From: Octopus sinensis
Lineage: Eukaryota
Assembly: GCF_006345805.1 (NCBI RefSeq)
Contig: NC_043003.1
Coordinates: forward strand, 101,804,001-101,868,000
DNA: 64,000 nucleotides
Direction: 5' to 3'
A program made the position numbers and the translations under genes. Shown piece after piece: positions 50,291-62,979 of the stretch. Below the pieces are notes generated by a model. That model was not told the origin of the DNA. It did not search any database and saw only the letters and a program-made list of their open reading frames with translations. Position 1 is the first letter of the stretch. The number at the start of each line of letters is the position of its first letter.

Positions 50291-50464
50291 TTCCCCTCTC
50301 TCTTTCTCTTCTCTCTCACTGGGTAACCATCTACCCCCTCTATAGCAAGACACCTATTTCTGCCTCTCTATTTCTCAGTCACACTCTAACCTTTCATCAT
50401 CTGATACTGAATCATCTCCTCCACTTCCCCCACCATTATAGCAAGACACCTGTTTGTGTCTCTC
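50099..50464. repeat. Compound repeat: about 49-bp conserved unit x3.5 separated by variable (TC)n spacers
   Basis: ctRggtaRccatNta...caccTRtttYtg units at 50099, 50195, 50319 and a partial copy at 50438. Confidence 0.75.
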
Positions 50465-50839
50465 TGTCACACTCTGACACAAGTTCCCCTGCTCTTCTCA
50501 TAATTCCTTGTCTTACAAGTTATTTGGTGACCCTGCCAGTGCTGGTACCACATAAAAAGCATCCAGTTCATGCTGTAAAGTGGTTGGCATTTGGAAGGGC
50601 ATCCAGCTGTAAAAAAAATCATGCCAAAACTAACCCCGCCTGTGTTAGTGCCACGTCAAAAGCACTTGACCCACTCTGCTGGGTGGTTGGTGTTAGGAAA
50701 GGCATCCAACCATAAAAATCCTGCCAAAGCAGATACAATAGCCTGGGGTAGTTTTCTACCTGGCCAGCTCCTGTCAACCATCCTACTCATGCATGCCTGA
50801 AAGATAGACATTAAATGATGATGATGATGATGATAATGA

Positions 50840-52270
50840 TACAGTCTCAAATGAGAAAGTCACTATGAGAGGTACAGAGAAAATAGCAACGTATCATGAC
50901 CTAGCCATTAATTTACAGAAGCTATGAAAAGTACAGCTAGTTATAGGTGCATTAGGAACAATCCCTAAAAATTTGAACATATGGACAGAGAAAATAGGCA
51001 TAAGGCCTAGTTTAGTTATTAGGGACAGCTATAGGATGGTTCTTAGCATCTAAAGGTTACTTGTAGCCTGATGATATGAATTTTTCTTTCTCAACAGTTT
51101 AATTTCTTGTGCGTGTATGAAATGATAATAATAATGGCTTAAAATTTTGGCACATGGCCAGCAAGTTGACTATGTAGACTCCTGTACTCGACTGTTACTT
51201 ATTTTATCAACCTCCAAAGAATGAAAGGTAAAGTTGACCTCAGCAGAATTTGATCTTAGAACAAAAAGACGGAGGAAATGCTGCTAATAATTCTGCTAGC
51301 TCACTGCCGTTAGAATAATAATGGTTTCAAATTTTGGCACAAGGCCAACCAGTTCAGGGTAGGAGGTAAGTCAATTACAGTGACCTTAGTGATCAACTGG
51401 TACTTATTTTATTGATCCTGAAAGGATGAAAGGCAAAGTCGACCTCATTGGAATTTGAACTAAGACAGACGAAATGCCACTATGCATTTTGCCTGGCATG
51501 CTAACAATTGTGCCAGCTTGCTCCAATAATAGACTTAAAAGATTGTTGGGAAGGCCAAACATGAAATAAATGGTCTGATCTCAACAGTGTGGATATCCAG
51601 TAATTATACTGGGATGGAAGTTGGGAATAAAAAGTGTGGTATGCTTATAATACAAAAAAGCAGAGTAGTATCAACTGATGGTGTAGAACTACCCAACAGT
51701 GACAAAATTTGAGACCGGTGGATATAAATATCTGGGTATTTTGGAGTATGGCAAAACCAAGGAGAGTGAGATGAAGGAAAGCTAATTGATGCTCAGAGAC
51801 CAGACATTGTTGAAGTAAATAAAAGAGAAAGGAAACCAAGATCATAGATATTGCCAAACCTGTGGATGCATGTGTAGATAACAAAGAGCTTGAAAAGATG
51901 GGGGAAATGCAGACTACTAGAAGATGAAATAGCAAGAATGTGGGCAATGAAATGAGTAACAGTAATTGTAGAGGTACTTGGAACACTAACAATCAGGTTC
52001 AAGAAATATGTCAGAGAAATTGGAATTGACATGAGGGCAGAGCAGGCCCCCAAAGCTGCTCTATTGGGAGACAGCTAGGAGTTTGAGATTGATGCTTGGG
52101 TGTTAGGTGTCCTCTGCAATGAGTTAGCATCCAAGTACCGAAGCTTATAATATGTGAAAAGAGACCCTGTGAGAACCTCTGGCAATAGGTTGCTGTCTGT
52201 TCTCACAAAACCAATCAGAGCAAGTAAGACCGAGAGCTCTGAGAAGTAAAATAATAACGATAATAAACTG
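50840..52270 (+). mobile_element. Two decayed R4/Dong-type LINE fragments (about 50840-51100 and 51530-52270) with intervening SINEs
   Basis: GALGTIPK; KKCGML, GYKYLG, RPDIV and ALLGTAR motifs. Confidence 0.7.
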
Positions 52271-53006
52271 TCTGTGCTAATCATAGACATTATAACATAT
52301 ACTATCAATCTTAACTACTTGAGCCTCTATGTGGTATGTAGCTCAGCATGTTAGAAATAAAAATCAGATCTCCCTCAAATCAAACCATAACATTTTAAAT
52401 AAACCATACCTGGTAAAACAAAAAAAATAAAATTAGCATGACTAGAAAACTTTTTGATTATTGGTCTGCTTATACAAGTCAGTTATAACTGAAAAGGTTT
52501 ATGATCAATGATATTTCAATCCTAACCATTCCATACTTTCCTTGGTTATTGTATATTTACTACTTCACTATGCAGTGTGCCCCTCTTTTCTGAAAATGTT
52601 AGGGCATAATTTGAAATGTAATTTGCCTGCTATTTCTACCAGTTCAAGTGGCCATCATAGAAGCTCTCTTTGGTTTGTAAAGTATTAAAATATAATCCAG
52701 GATGAAGAAGGAATGAGTGCGTATATTAGGGAGTGATTGTGAGTGATGGATGGTCTGAAGAAAGCACAGCTCAATGATGAATAAATAGATATAAAGGACA
52801 TTAAGAGTTTATAAAAGCTTGCCTGTCATTTTTTTCCAGTGGATTTATTGTGTGTAAAGATAATGATGGTGGAAAATAATTAAAACAGTTTCACTAGATT
52901 ATTGTGTCTATCATAAATAAAGACTTTCAAATAATACAATACCAAAATGAAATCACGTTAGATTTAAGGATTAACAAATCAAAGGTAATCTGTTAACTTG
53001 TCTTAC

Positions 53007-53072
53007 CAAGCCATTCCATGAGGTCCATCCAGGAGGGATATGCTTCACACCACCAGCATGCTTTTTGCCATA
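53007..53072 (-). CDS. GNS: GNS exon 4 (66 nt): YGKKHAGGVKHIPPGWTSWNGL
   Basis: Acceptor ctccattgcAG, donor GTaaga; in frame with exons 3 and 5. Confidence 0.95.
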
Positions 53073-53304
53073 CTGCAATGGAGAAAGAGACCAAATTATA
53101 TAACAATAACAAGAAAAAATAAAACTATAAGTTGCAGAGATGATAAAATCTCCGTGAAAAAAACACATAAAATCAGAAATCCATCTATGTAAAGGTATTG
53201 CTATGGATACAGAATTTAATTTCACTGTAGATTCTTGTGACATAGATACAGTAAATTGTGTGGTATAAATAGACACAGTAAACTTTTATGTTGCTGCAGT
53301 AACA

Positions 53305-53645
53305 GGGTAAAAAGGTAAAGACCCCCTTCCGTTATGAATGACCATGGGATTGCACCTAGAAAGTTTCCCTGAGGCACTAGTCTGGGCAAGATTGTTTATG
53401 GAAGACCAGCAGTTGCCCATGCATACCAGCCTCCCCTCTTCATGCCACCAGTGTTACCCAAGGGAAAGACAAAAGCTGATACAGCTTGGCACCAGTGACA
53501 TCACAACTCATTTCTACAGCTAAGTGAACTGGAGCAACATGAAATAAAGTGTCTTGCTTAAGAACACAATGCACTACCCTGTTTGGGAATTTGAACTCAC
53601 TACCTCATGGTTGTGAGCCTGACACTTTAACCACTGAGTCATGCT
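53305..53645 (-). mobile_element. tRNA-derived CORE SINE with RTE-like tail
   Basis: Head gcatgactcagtggttaaag...gagttcaaattccc; CORE-like cttaagcaagacactttatttc; tail ggggtctttaccttt. Confidence 0.7.
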
Positions 53646-53837
53646 GCAGTAACAACCATCACGTTTTTATAATTTTTGATAGAATGCATTCAATATCAAA
53701 CTTTTGGATTTTAAGGATCCAACATTACACTAATTACCATCAATACAACTTGTACCTAAACTTAACCATTACAATAAAAATATCGTTTTAGAATAACTAA
53801 ACAAAAAAAAAATCCTATTAAGTAAAATAACTCTCAC

Positions 53838-54041
53838 CTGATTCAAATATTTCCCTGCAAAAAATGTCTTGTAGCCATTTTGATTCAATTTCACCGGGAA
53901 GGCTGTTGGTTCAACATATTTCTGCCACAATGCACTACTGCAGTTACCAGACAAAGAATTGTTCAAAACTCTGTGGTTGTGGGTATACTTACCAGTTAAA
54001 AAACTTGACCGACTTGGACAACAGAGAGGACTAGTGACAAA
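53838..54041 (-). CDS. GNS: GNS exon 3 (204 nt) with sulfatase active-site motif: [23 protein letters not shown]...[13 protein letters not shown]
   Basis: CxPSR formylglycine signature and [12 protein letters not shown] second signature; acceptor tttttgcAG, donor GTgaga. Confidence 0.97.
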
Positions 54042-54559
54042 CTGCAAAAAGTTAAAAGTGCAAGTGAATATCAGAATATTATCATTACAAATAAGTATGA
54101 ACAATTACAGTTAACAGGTTTGTGTACACTAAAAAACATGGAAAGACCTTCACAGAGGAAATTGTCTCAAGAGATATTCTCCTTATAAGCAATAAAAACA
54201 CACTACTAGGTTATGAAGTTAATGGACCATAGGACATGTGCTTCTGTGTTACCATGCTTATTAGCTATAGACTCACTCCATGTCTGTAGCTGATGAAGCA
54301 TAATGCAGTGGAAATAGATGTCTTGCAGTCCAATGATGTCACTCATGACCCAGTGATATATTTTTCATACACATTGTCAATCAGGAGAATTTTTCTCTTG
54401 AGATAATTTCCACAGTGAAGGTCTTTCCATGTTTTTGAGTGTACAAAAACATGTTAAATATAACTGTGTACACCTACATTTCAATCAAAGCTGCTTCATG
54501 CACCGCCAGTTAATTATCATTATTACATTTTAACTGGTCACGGCAGCCTCCCTATAATT

Positions 54560-54626
54560 TAAATGGCGGTGCTCCAGCATGGCCACAGCTTGTGAGCTGA
54601 AACTAGATAAATAGAAATAGAAATAG
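54560..54626 (+). mobile_element. Extreme 5'-truncated CR1 tail (same family as 12480-15410)
   Basis: aaatggcggtgctccagcatggccacagcttgtgagctgaaact followed by (aaatag)n. Confidence 0.8.
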
Positions 54627-56776
54627 ATACATATGCACAATAACTGTAGCAATTGTTTAATCCTGTATCAAAACAATTGTTGTGGTGGTGACCATTTTGT
54701 CTTTTTCCAATGAACTACATTAGCTAATGTTTCTTACTGATAGAGGGAAATTTAGCTGTTAACATACCAAACAGCTCTCCTAATCCAAATGTCTGTGATT
54801 TTGGTAGAAAAAAGTAACTCACAGATAGCTAATAAAACACCAAATATTACATGGTAAACCATACCATGATATGTTCTGAAATGGTCAACTATGCATAGCT
54901 GCATATTGGCACTACTGGATAGGATTGGAAAAATCATAGAATTTATGAGTGCTTTGTAAGCTGAGTTCAAGTCAGCATTGGAAACATCTTAGAGACGACA
55001 GAACTCTGACAAGCAGACTGTCTCCAACTTGTGTCTCCAGAGTAAGCCAGCTTGCTGGGTTATCTTGTACATGTCAGCCATTGCATCTCCAAGTTATGTC
55101 CACTTTCTGTTACCTCAGTTTCAGCTTCGTCAGCTACTACTTTAGTTCTAAGTTGCCTACATCAGCATTAATAAGTTGAAGAATATTTTCCTGTTCACTA
55201 CTCCCAGTGCCTGCATCATGTGCTTCAGACTGATTTTCCAGGATGATAATGACATTACTTTTGTTTGTCTGCAATTCTGCAGGTATTAGATGGTTGTTAC
55301 ATATGCTATGTCTGCATATGTGGCTAGTTTGTTTGCATCAATATAATCATGGGTGTTGTTCCCTACAATTTCTCTCCAAATATTGAAACACTAGTCAGTT
55401 GTTTTATGTCCTGGTTGGTTCAGTGCTGTGTAGAATGCTGTCATGATTTGTTCATACTACTCTTTCACCCACCTATTTTTTTGTGGCTCTGTTGACTTTT
55501 GTTTTATTAGAAGTTTGTCATAAGGGGTCAGGGTTGATTTCCCAGTTCTGATTTCCCTCAAGATCATTTACAGAAGAGCCTGTTACAATTGTCAATTTTT
55601 CAACCTCAGATTGGTTTCTCCCTGAGGGACACATCCCTTGATGACCCTTGAGATGCACGATGTGGTGTAATTTGCTTCTAGTATGTATTTTATAAGAAGA
55701 GTCCATTTTATCCTTTCAAGCAACTTATTTTCATCACTACTCTAGATACATTCACTTCAACAAGCTTAGAGGTGTCTGCCTACTTTCATTTATTATTATT
55801 ATTATTATTATTATAATCATCCTCATCCTTATTACTATAAAACCTTTCTTTTATAAGCTTATTGATTGTTTCACTTTTACTTAAAATACTCACTGAACCA
55901 AGATCCTTGACTTCTTTCACACTATATGTTTATCCTCTGGTACCCAACACCAAACATTCATATGGACCTCCAACCCTTGAGGATTCCCACTTTTCTAAGT
56001 ATATTAATGATATTCATCTACTTTAAAGAGATGACACACTAACCTAAATGTTTACACTGTTTGTGGAAGTAAGCTGAGTGACTAGTTAAGATATTGGACT
56101 ACTTCTAGCAGTATGGCAGTTCAAATCAGCTTTACTCCACAATGCTTTAGTTCAACCAAGTATTGTATGGAAAAGGCACCATATATAGGAAACAATGTTA
56201 GCTATCTAGGGAGATCTTTCTAGTTTTTTAACACTTCATAATACAGAAGCAGGGCTAAGTATTAAATCTTAAAAAGGAATAACATATATTATTATTGTCC
56301 CTCAGCATTTTCAGTTCAACTTCCACTAAGATCAAATTTACTATTCATCACCATATGTGTTGATTATACACAATACAATAGTGTACTGAGAATTAATACA
56401 ACTGATTCTATCCAACTTCTCTACAAGAATTGATCTTGTGCAAATCAATATATTCTGCGTCTTCATTCTTCTGATTAGTGAAGCCAACTATGGACTGTTA
56501 GCAATGTCCTTTCCACATTTACACAACATAAAAAAAAAAAACTTAGATTCCTTGAGGATTTCTTGGACTAAACATGACCAGTAAAATCCAACAGATGCTT
56601 ATAAATGACCTCTTTTAATAAAACTTTAAGCATGTTTACATGTATGTAAACATGTAGATGTTTGCATACATACATAAACACATATAGGTGCATAATCTCC
56701 AACATTTCAAGGTGGACAAGAGAATATGAAGACACACAAATACAAACACAGGTGGCACAAGAAGATTTCAACTCAC

Positions 56777-56836
56777 CATGTTGTTGAATGTGATACCGGC
56801 ATCACCTATTAATTTCTTCGTCTTCAACATTGGGGT
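56777..56836 (-). CDS. GNS: GNS exon 2 (60 nt): TPMLKTKKLIGDAGITFNNM
   Basis: Acceptor ttctttttcatcAG, donor GTgagt, phase 0/0; peptide matches the GNS segment [20 protein letters not shown] as recalled for human. Confidence 0.93.
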
Positions 56837-57505
56837 CTGATGAAAAAGAATAGAATTAATATGATTACAAATTTTGGAGGCCAAATGTCAGTCAGAACAC
56901 ATACAGTGATGCAGGACAATGACAACGACGAAGACGTGTCATTGTCATCATCATCATCGTTTAACATTCGCTTTCCGTGCTGTCATGGGCTGGACGGTTT
57001 GACTGAGGACTGGCAAGCCAGGTAACCACACCAGGCACCAATCTCATCTGACAAGGTTTCTACAGCTGGATGCCCTTCTTAAAACCAACCACTCCAAGAG
57101 TGTAGCAGATGCTTTTCATGTACCACTGGCATGGAAGCCAGTCAGGTAGCACTAGCTTCGACCATACTTGAGTGGTGCTTTTTACATTCCAGTCAGGTGT
57201 CACTGGAATTTGCCACAACAATGATTTTAATTGACTCAACAAGTCTTCTCAAGCACAGTATATTGCCCATCAATTGAAGGGTACTCTTAAATGGGTCAGT
57301 TATGTGACACTGGCATAGGCCACAGCTATGGTCTCACTTGGTTTGCTAGGCCTTCTCATGCACAGCATATCTCCAAAGGTCTTGGTCACTTGTCATTGCC
57401 ATTCTGAGGCCCAACATTCGAAAGTCGTATATATATGTGCAAAAGTCAGCTAAGGGACCATAAGTCAGGGAAAAGATGCACTTGTATATCTGTCAGTAGA
57501 GTGGG

Positions 57506-57792
57506 TATATTATCCAAAATGTATAGCATTAAATATCCATCATGGCTGATCTTAGCAATCAGTTTCGTGTAAAGGATACAATGGTGTGTTAGGTATATAA
57601 CTTTATGCTCATCAGAATTAGCCGATATGGAAGGGAATATGGCGACTATTCCCTTCCATATCAGCAACCTCTGATGAGTGTAAAGTTATATAATTGGATT
57701 GTTACCTAACACTCTATTGTATTCTTTACATGAAACCAATTGGTAAGATCAGCTGTGATGGATATTTAATACTATACATTTTGGATAATATA
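57506..57792. mobile_element. 287-bp foldback (MITE-like) hairpin, about 135-bp arms and 7-nt loop, in GNS intron 1
   Basis: 57506-57639 pairs with 57647-57792, with one 10-nt bulge; TA-flanked. Confidence 0.88.
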
Positions 57793-58019
57793 TATATATA
57801 TTTAGAGGTACAAGCATAGCTGTGTGTTGACATTGTACACGGTTTCTAAATAAGCTTTCTCATCATATAAGCAGTGACGTTTCTTTGTAGTCTTCTGTGA
57901 AAATATGTCTAGAATATTACTAGTGGAGGTTGGCAACAAGAGAGTATCTTTGCTTAGAAAATCTGCAGCAACAAATCTCATGCAAGCAGGGAAAAATAGA
58001 CATTAAAATTATGATGATT

Positions 58020-58205
58020 TGAGAGAGAGAGAGAGAGGGGGGGAGAAAGAGAGGAGAGAGAGAGAGGAGAGAGAGAGAGGAGAGAGAGAGGGGAGAGAGA
58101 GAGAGGAGAGAGGGGAGAGAGAGAGGAGAGAGAGAGAGGGGAGAGAGAGAGGGGAGAGAGAGAGGGGAGAGAGAGGGGGAGAGAGAGAGAGGGGGAGAGA
58201 GAGAG
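58020..58205. repeat. Imperfect (GA)n/(TC)n polypurine tract
   Basis: About 185 nt of almost pure G/A. Confidence 0.97.
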
Positions 58206-58890
58206 TATTTCTTTATTCACCATAAGGTTGAGAAAAAGAGGGGACAAAACAAACGTTGGGGTCAGGGTATCGAATGAGATGAAACATATGAATAAACAAA
58301 CGATTAAAATATATACAATTAAATGAGAATGAGTGATTAACAAAAAAATGAAGCGGAGGACGCGGTTGACCCCACAAACCACATACTCACACTGAAGACT
58401 TTGCTTTCTCCTTTTTTACATTCCTGATTAAACAGATTCTTTCACTCGCAACATACTTGCTATAGACTTCCATCTTTTACGAAACACACTTTGCGACAGG
58501 CATTTCTTCTCCAGCCTTATTTTCCGTTTCATGTGGAAAACGAAAAAGTCGATTAGCTCGAGACTGGAGATAAACATGCCTGTTGCAATTCCTTTTACTC
58601 TCGTCTTCCACACTACTTCTTTCGCCATAGCAACTACCGAAAGAAAACAGGCTCGCTCCTCCCTATTCAGGAAGGTCGGCGGAACTATCTTAATTACAGA
58701 TTCGCTCGACAGTTGTACTCTTCTCGAATGCGACAGCAGGTGTTCGACATAAGTCCAGAGTTCAGTCACCTTGGGGCATTGCACAATCGCATGCAGGACA
58801 GTTTCACTGTCCCTCTTACATCTTGCACAAACCGGCGAAGGTGCACACCCATGTCTAAAGAGCTTATCTCGAACCGGTAAAGCTCCTCTG
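58206..58890 (-). mobile_element. Tx1/L1-group LINE 3' fragment (zf-RVT, 3' UTR, AATAAA) abutting the (TC)n tract
   Basis: LPVRDKL...CARC...ETVLHAIVQC...W; AKEVVWKTR; stop at 58428. Confidence 0.82.
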
Positions 58891-58919
58891 TAACATAAAT
58901 AGATAAATATATGCATATA

Positions 58920-59645
58920 CATGGTTTGATCAATAAGTATCCGGACCGTTACCATAGTAACAAAGCTAAAGCATGCAGAATGAAGCCACTTGGCACAAAT
59001 TGACCTTGAACTCTGCCGTGCACGCACACTAAGTTTTAACGTTCTGGCTCACAACTGCTATTTACAGCAGTGCTTGGAAGGAAGGTGTGAAGCATGTGAT
59101 TGTCACAATGACCATGAAAGAGAAAGTTGAGTAGAGAATCTACATCAAATTTTGCCAAAAGCTTGGCGATACCTGCTCAGAGGCCAAAGCAAAGTTTTCA
59201 AAAAGTTTTTATTATTCTCAACACAATCGAGGAGATCTTGTGCAATTGAAACCCGAGTGTCTTTTTGGTCAGCCGAAAGCAGTTTTGACACAAACTTGGC
59301 AGACATGGGTCTCATATTGAAATCTTCAGTGATAATGGACTGAACTGAACCATAATTAATCTGCACATCCTCTGATAACTCATGGATGGAGACTCAATGA
59401 TTTCCCCTCACAGCTGCACACACATCTGTGATGTTTTTTTTCCAGTTCTGCTGGTTGCAGGTCTCCCAAAACGTTTGCCAATATCGACATCTTTTTTGGC
59501 CATCATGGAAATGTCTGAACGACTCATACACTTGTGCGCAGCTCATACACTCCTCTCCATACACTTTCTGCAACTTTGCATAGGCCTCTGAGCAGGTATC
59601 ACCATGACAACTTTCTCTGTCATGGTCAATGCAGCAATCACATGC
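58920..59645. mobile_element. Mariner 5' segments in convergent inverted arrangement (+ 58920-59185; - 59186-59645)
   Basis: TA then TIR catggtttgatcaataagtatccggac; IKFCQKLGDTCSEA on +; the same region plus SAKFVSKLL on -. Confidence 0.82.
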
Positions 59646-60929
59646 TGGAAACCATACCATTATATAAAAATTCAAATATGTCAATTGCAATGGGACATCT
59701 TTACAGATTGTGACATCTTGGTGAATATAAAACTCTAAATCATACTTTATAATTCTGAGCTCTAGTGCCAGTAACAGCAACAGACCAATTTAAATAGACT
59801 AATGAATGCCTGCGCTTTTAGCAGATAATTTCATCTTCCGTTGTCAAACCACAAAAATACAGACATAAATAAACCAACGCTAATTGTCAAGTGGTGGTGA
59901 GGGAGAAGCACAAAGACACATACACAAGATGGGCTTTTTTCAGTTCCCATCTACCAAACCCAACCATGACGTTTTGTTCTACCCAAAGCTACAATAGATG
60001 ATACTTATTGCCCAAGGTACCATGCAGTGGGACTGAACCTGAAACCATGTGGTTGTGAAGCAAACTTCTTACCACACAGCCATGTAATATAGTTTGGAAG
60101 CATTGTAAAAATTAATACAAAAATTAATTTTAGAAAGGTACATCAGAACATTCTAGGAATTATATATTTTCAATCTTACAGTCAATAACCATGTGCTTAT
60201 TCTATAGCACATGGTAAACCGAGCTAAAGAATCGCAGTCTTCGCTCGCATCTCAGCCACAAAGCAATGACTCAACATCAGAATATATTCTCTTGTTCAAG
60301 TGAACTTCTAGAATTCGTCTCCTTCACCTCGAACTCATACCTAACAGAGTATGCATTTATGTAGCAAACTAAAAGAGAAGATATCAAGCTACAGCAAATA
60401 TATTTAAACTTTCTTCACAACAGTATATATATGTTCATACAAGTACCAAATGATTTTATTTAAACTTGTCTGGATTCTTCCTTTATTTGATCAAAAATAA
60501 AGGAATTAGAAAATGTGTTGATACAGCTGCCATATAAAAATAAGTGTCCTGTTCTTTGTTACCGAGTGTGCCAGGTGACAAGGCCACCACAATAAGAGAC
60601 GAGACACTTCAAGACTCCACTAAACCATGCAAATATGAAAAGAAAAAAAATGATGTAATAATGATAATGATGTGTGTGTGTGTGTGTGTGCACGCATGCT
60701 GAAGAAGTTGATGACAGCAATGTTAATTATTTAGCTTGAGATTGCACACCCCTACTACTGAGCATATCCAACCATCTCATCTTTTATTTTCAGGTATAGC
60801 ATGTCTAAGGCAAGTTTATCTAATGTATTATCATTCCTGCTTTAAGATGGTTGAGGGTGATTTGGGTACTATTTCTAGCAAGTTGACTAAAAACATAGAC
60901 ATTCCCTCATTGGCTCAGTTTCCATATGA

Positions 60930-61090
60930 TGACAAGGGTCCCAGTTGATTCAATCAACGGAACAGCCTGCTCATGAGATTAATGTGCAAGTGGCTGAGCA
61001 CTCCATAGACACGCATACCTTTTCACATACTTCTCAGGGAGATTCAGCGTGACATAGAGTATGACGAGGCTGACCCCTTGAAATACAAGT
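60930..61090 (+). mobile_element. SINE fragment with Ceph-domain-like body
   Basis: gtggctgagcactcca...ggagattcagcgtgaca...aggctg, resembling the cephalopod SINE central domain as recalled. Confidence 0.55.
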
Positions 61091-62979
61091 ATAGTGACCC
61101 CTGGCAGTTATGACGACAAGCAAAACGGAAAAGAGATGTAACAAGAGTAATCTTCCTCTAGCTTCAAGAATGTTTGAGATTCTTCTGGAAGTTTCTGGTT
61201 TTACGTGGAAGTCAAGGACTTCTGGTCCATCCCTATATAAAGGAAAGAAATTCTAAATTCGTGTCATTCAATACCTGTTGGTTCGTCTTTCTTACTTGGA
61301 GACATGTGACTGCAAACAACATATTCCTGTAATGTTTATAAGCTTCCTTCAATTAACCTTGTATATGAACGCATTACCTCCAATAATAAAAGTCATGACT
61401 TATTACAAGCGTCTCATGAATTCTATTTTCTTGCTGTTAAGAACAAGGCCTTCTACTATAAAATGGTGACCTCTCATGTTACGAACATGATAGCCGCTTC
61501 ACTATAAAATAGTGACCTCCAACGTTGCGAACACGATACCCGCTTTGTTTGGATACGCAAACCACAGCACATGGTACATCAATGCCAAGCTACATTTTTC
61601 AAGGCAATTCCTATATTACTCTACAAGCACTTTTGATATTCTAATTTTGAAATAATTTCGTGTCTTTCACATCCAACAAGAAAGTCACTTATCATGCTTG
61701 TTCTTTGTCATAATTATGAGTAACACTTCCATACCAGTTTATTCCGGTGATGCTAAACTATGGGTTGCACAACATAATTCTTATTCTATAGCATGTGGTA
61801 GACCAAGCTACAGAACTGTAGTCTTCACTCGCATCTCAACCACAAAGCAATGACTCAACATCAGAATATTTTCTCTTGTTCAAGTGAACTTCTAGAATTC
61901 GTACCTAACAGAGTATGCATTCTTCAATAATCTTTTTTGAAGCAATTTCCTCTCACAATGTCGACTGTCAAAGCTTTATGCCAGTAAATTCATGTTGGAG
62001 CATTTCCAACATGGCGTCTGTCTTCACCTTCCTTACTGGTTCTTCCCGTGCAATTACCACTGAGCATGCACAGAGGATGTGCACGCCTAATCTTGACAGT
62101 TCTCTGTTGCATTTGCCTGTCACAAACTTTTCACGTGGCCAGACTTCGACAGCCATGCACACAGTGTTATCATCAACACCACTAATACTGCCACTGCCTC
62201 AGCCTTCACTAACATCACCACTGCCATGGTGTCAATGCTAATTTTGACTCATTCCTGCTCCATCATCTGTACAGTAACCAGTTTTGTAGCCTTATACAGT
62301 AAATTCCAGTCACTTTGAGTACCACACAGTTGGATGGCCCTTCAAACGGCTTCCTTATCTGAGATGTGACATTTTTTTCACCAACCATGCATTTCAAAAC
62401 AGCATTCATTGGAACAATTCCAAAGAACTGAACATTTGCATGTTTTTTTGTTTTTCTTTCATGTTTTTTCAGTCTCATCATGAGCTTTTTTGTTCCAATT
62501 TTTTAGATGCACAGCTTTCACCGCAAGATACTGCATCAGACTCTGCAATTGGTGTTGCTTCACAGTGCTTTCAGCAGTTTCACTTGTATATTATTATTGC
62601 TCAATGTTCATACACACACACACCACACACACACACACACATGCACATACATACATACATGCTGTCTGCCTCATGCTATCCACTCACACACATTTCTGAG
62701 TTTATTCTAGCTGAATGCTTTTCTGAAGCCTTTCTTGGCTGGCAAAAAAGGTCCCTACATGTCTTTGCCATGCATTGCTTCTCTGGTTAGCAGGATGCAC
62801 AAACCACCTCTTATAAATGTATTTTTTTTTCTTTGCATCATATAGTGTTCCATGCATTTTCTTCCTTTGGTGCCTGATCAACACCAAGTTACAGGTGTCT
62901 GTAATGCACAGCTCTATTGATCAAACAATCAGAGCACTCATTGCAGAAATTAGCAAAGAATTCATTTACTTTATACGCA

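Noticed and set aside
62250-62280. TDD codons as candidate GNS exon 1 (TDDQD motif)
   Set aside because: Reads TDDGAGMSQN* with no signal peptide, no PN-hydrophobic strand and no donor; exon 1 was not found in the window.
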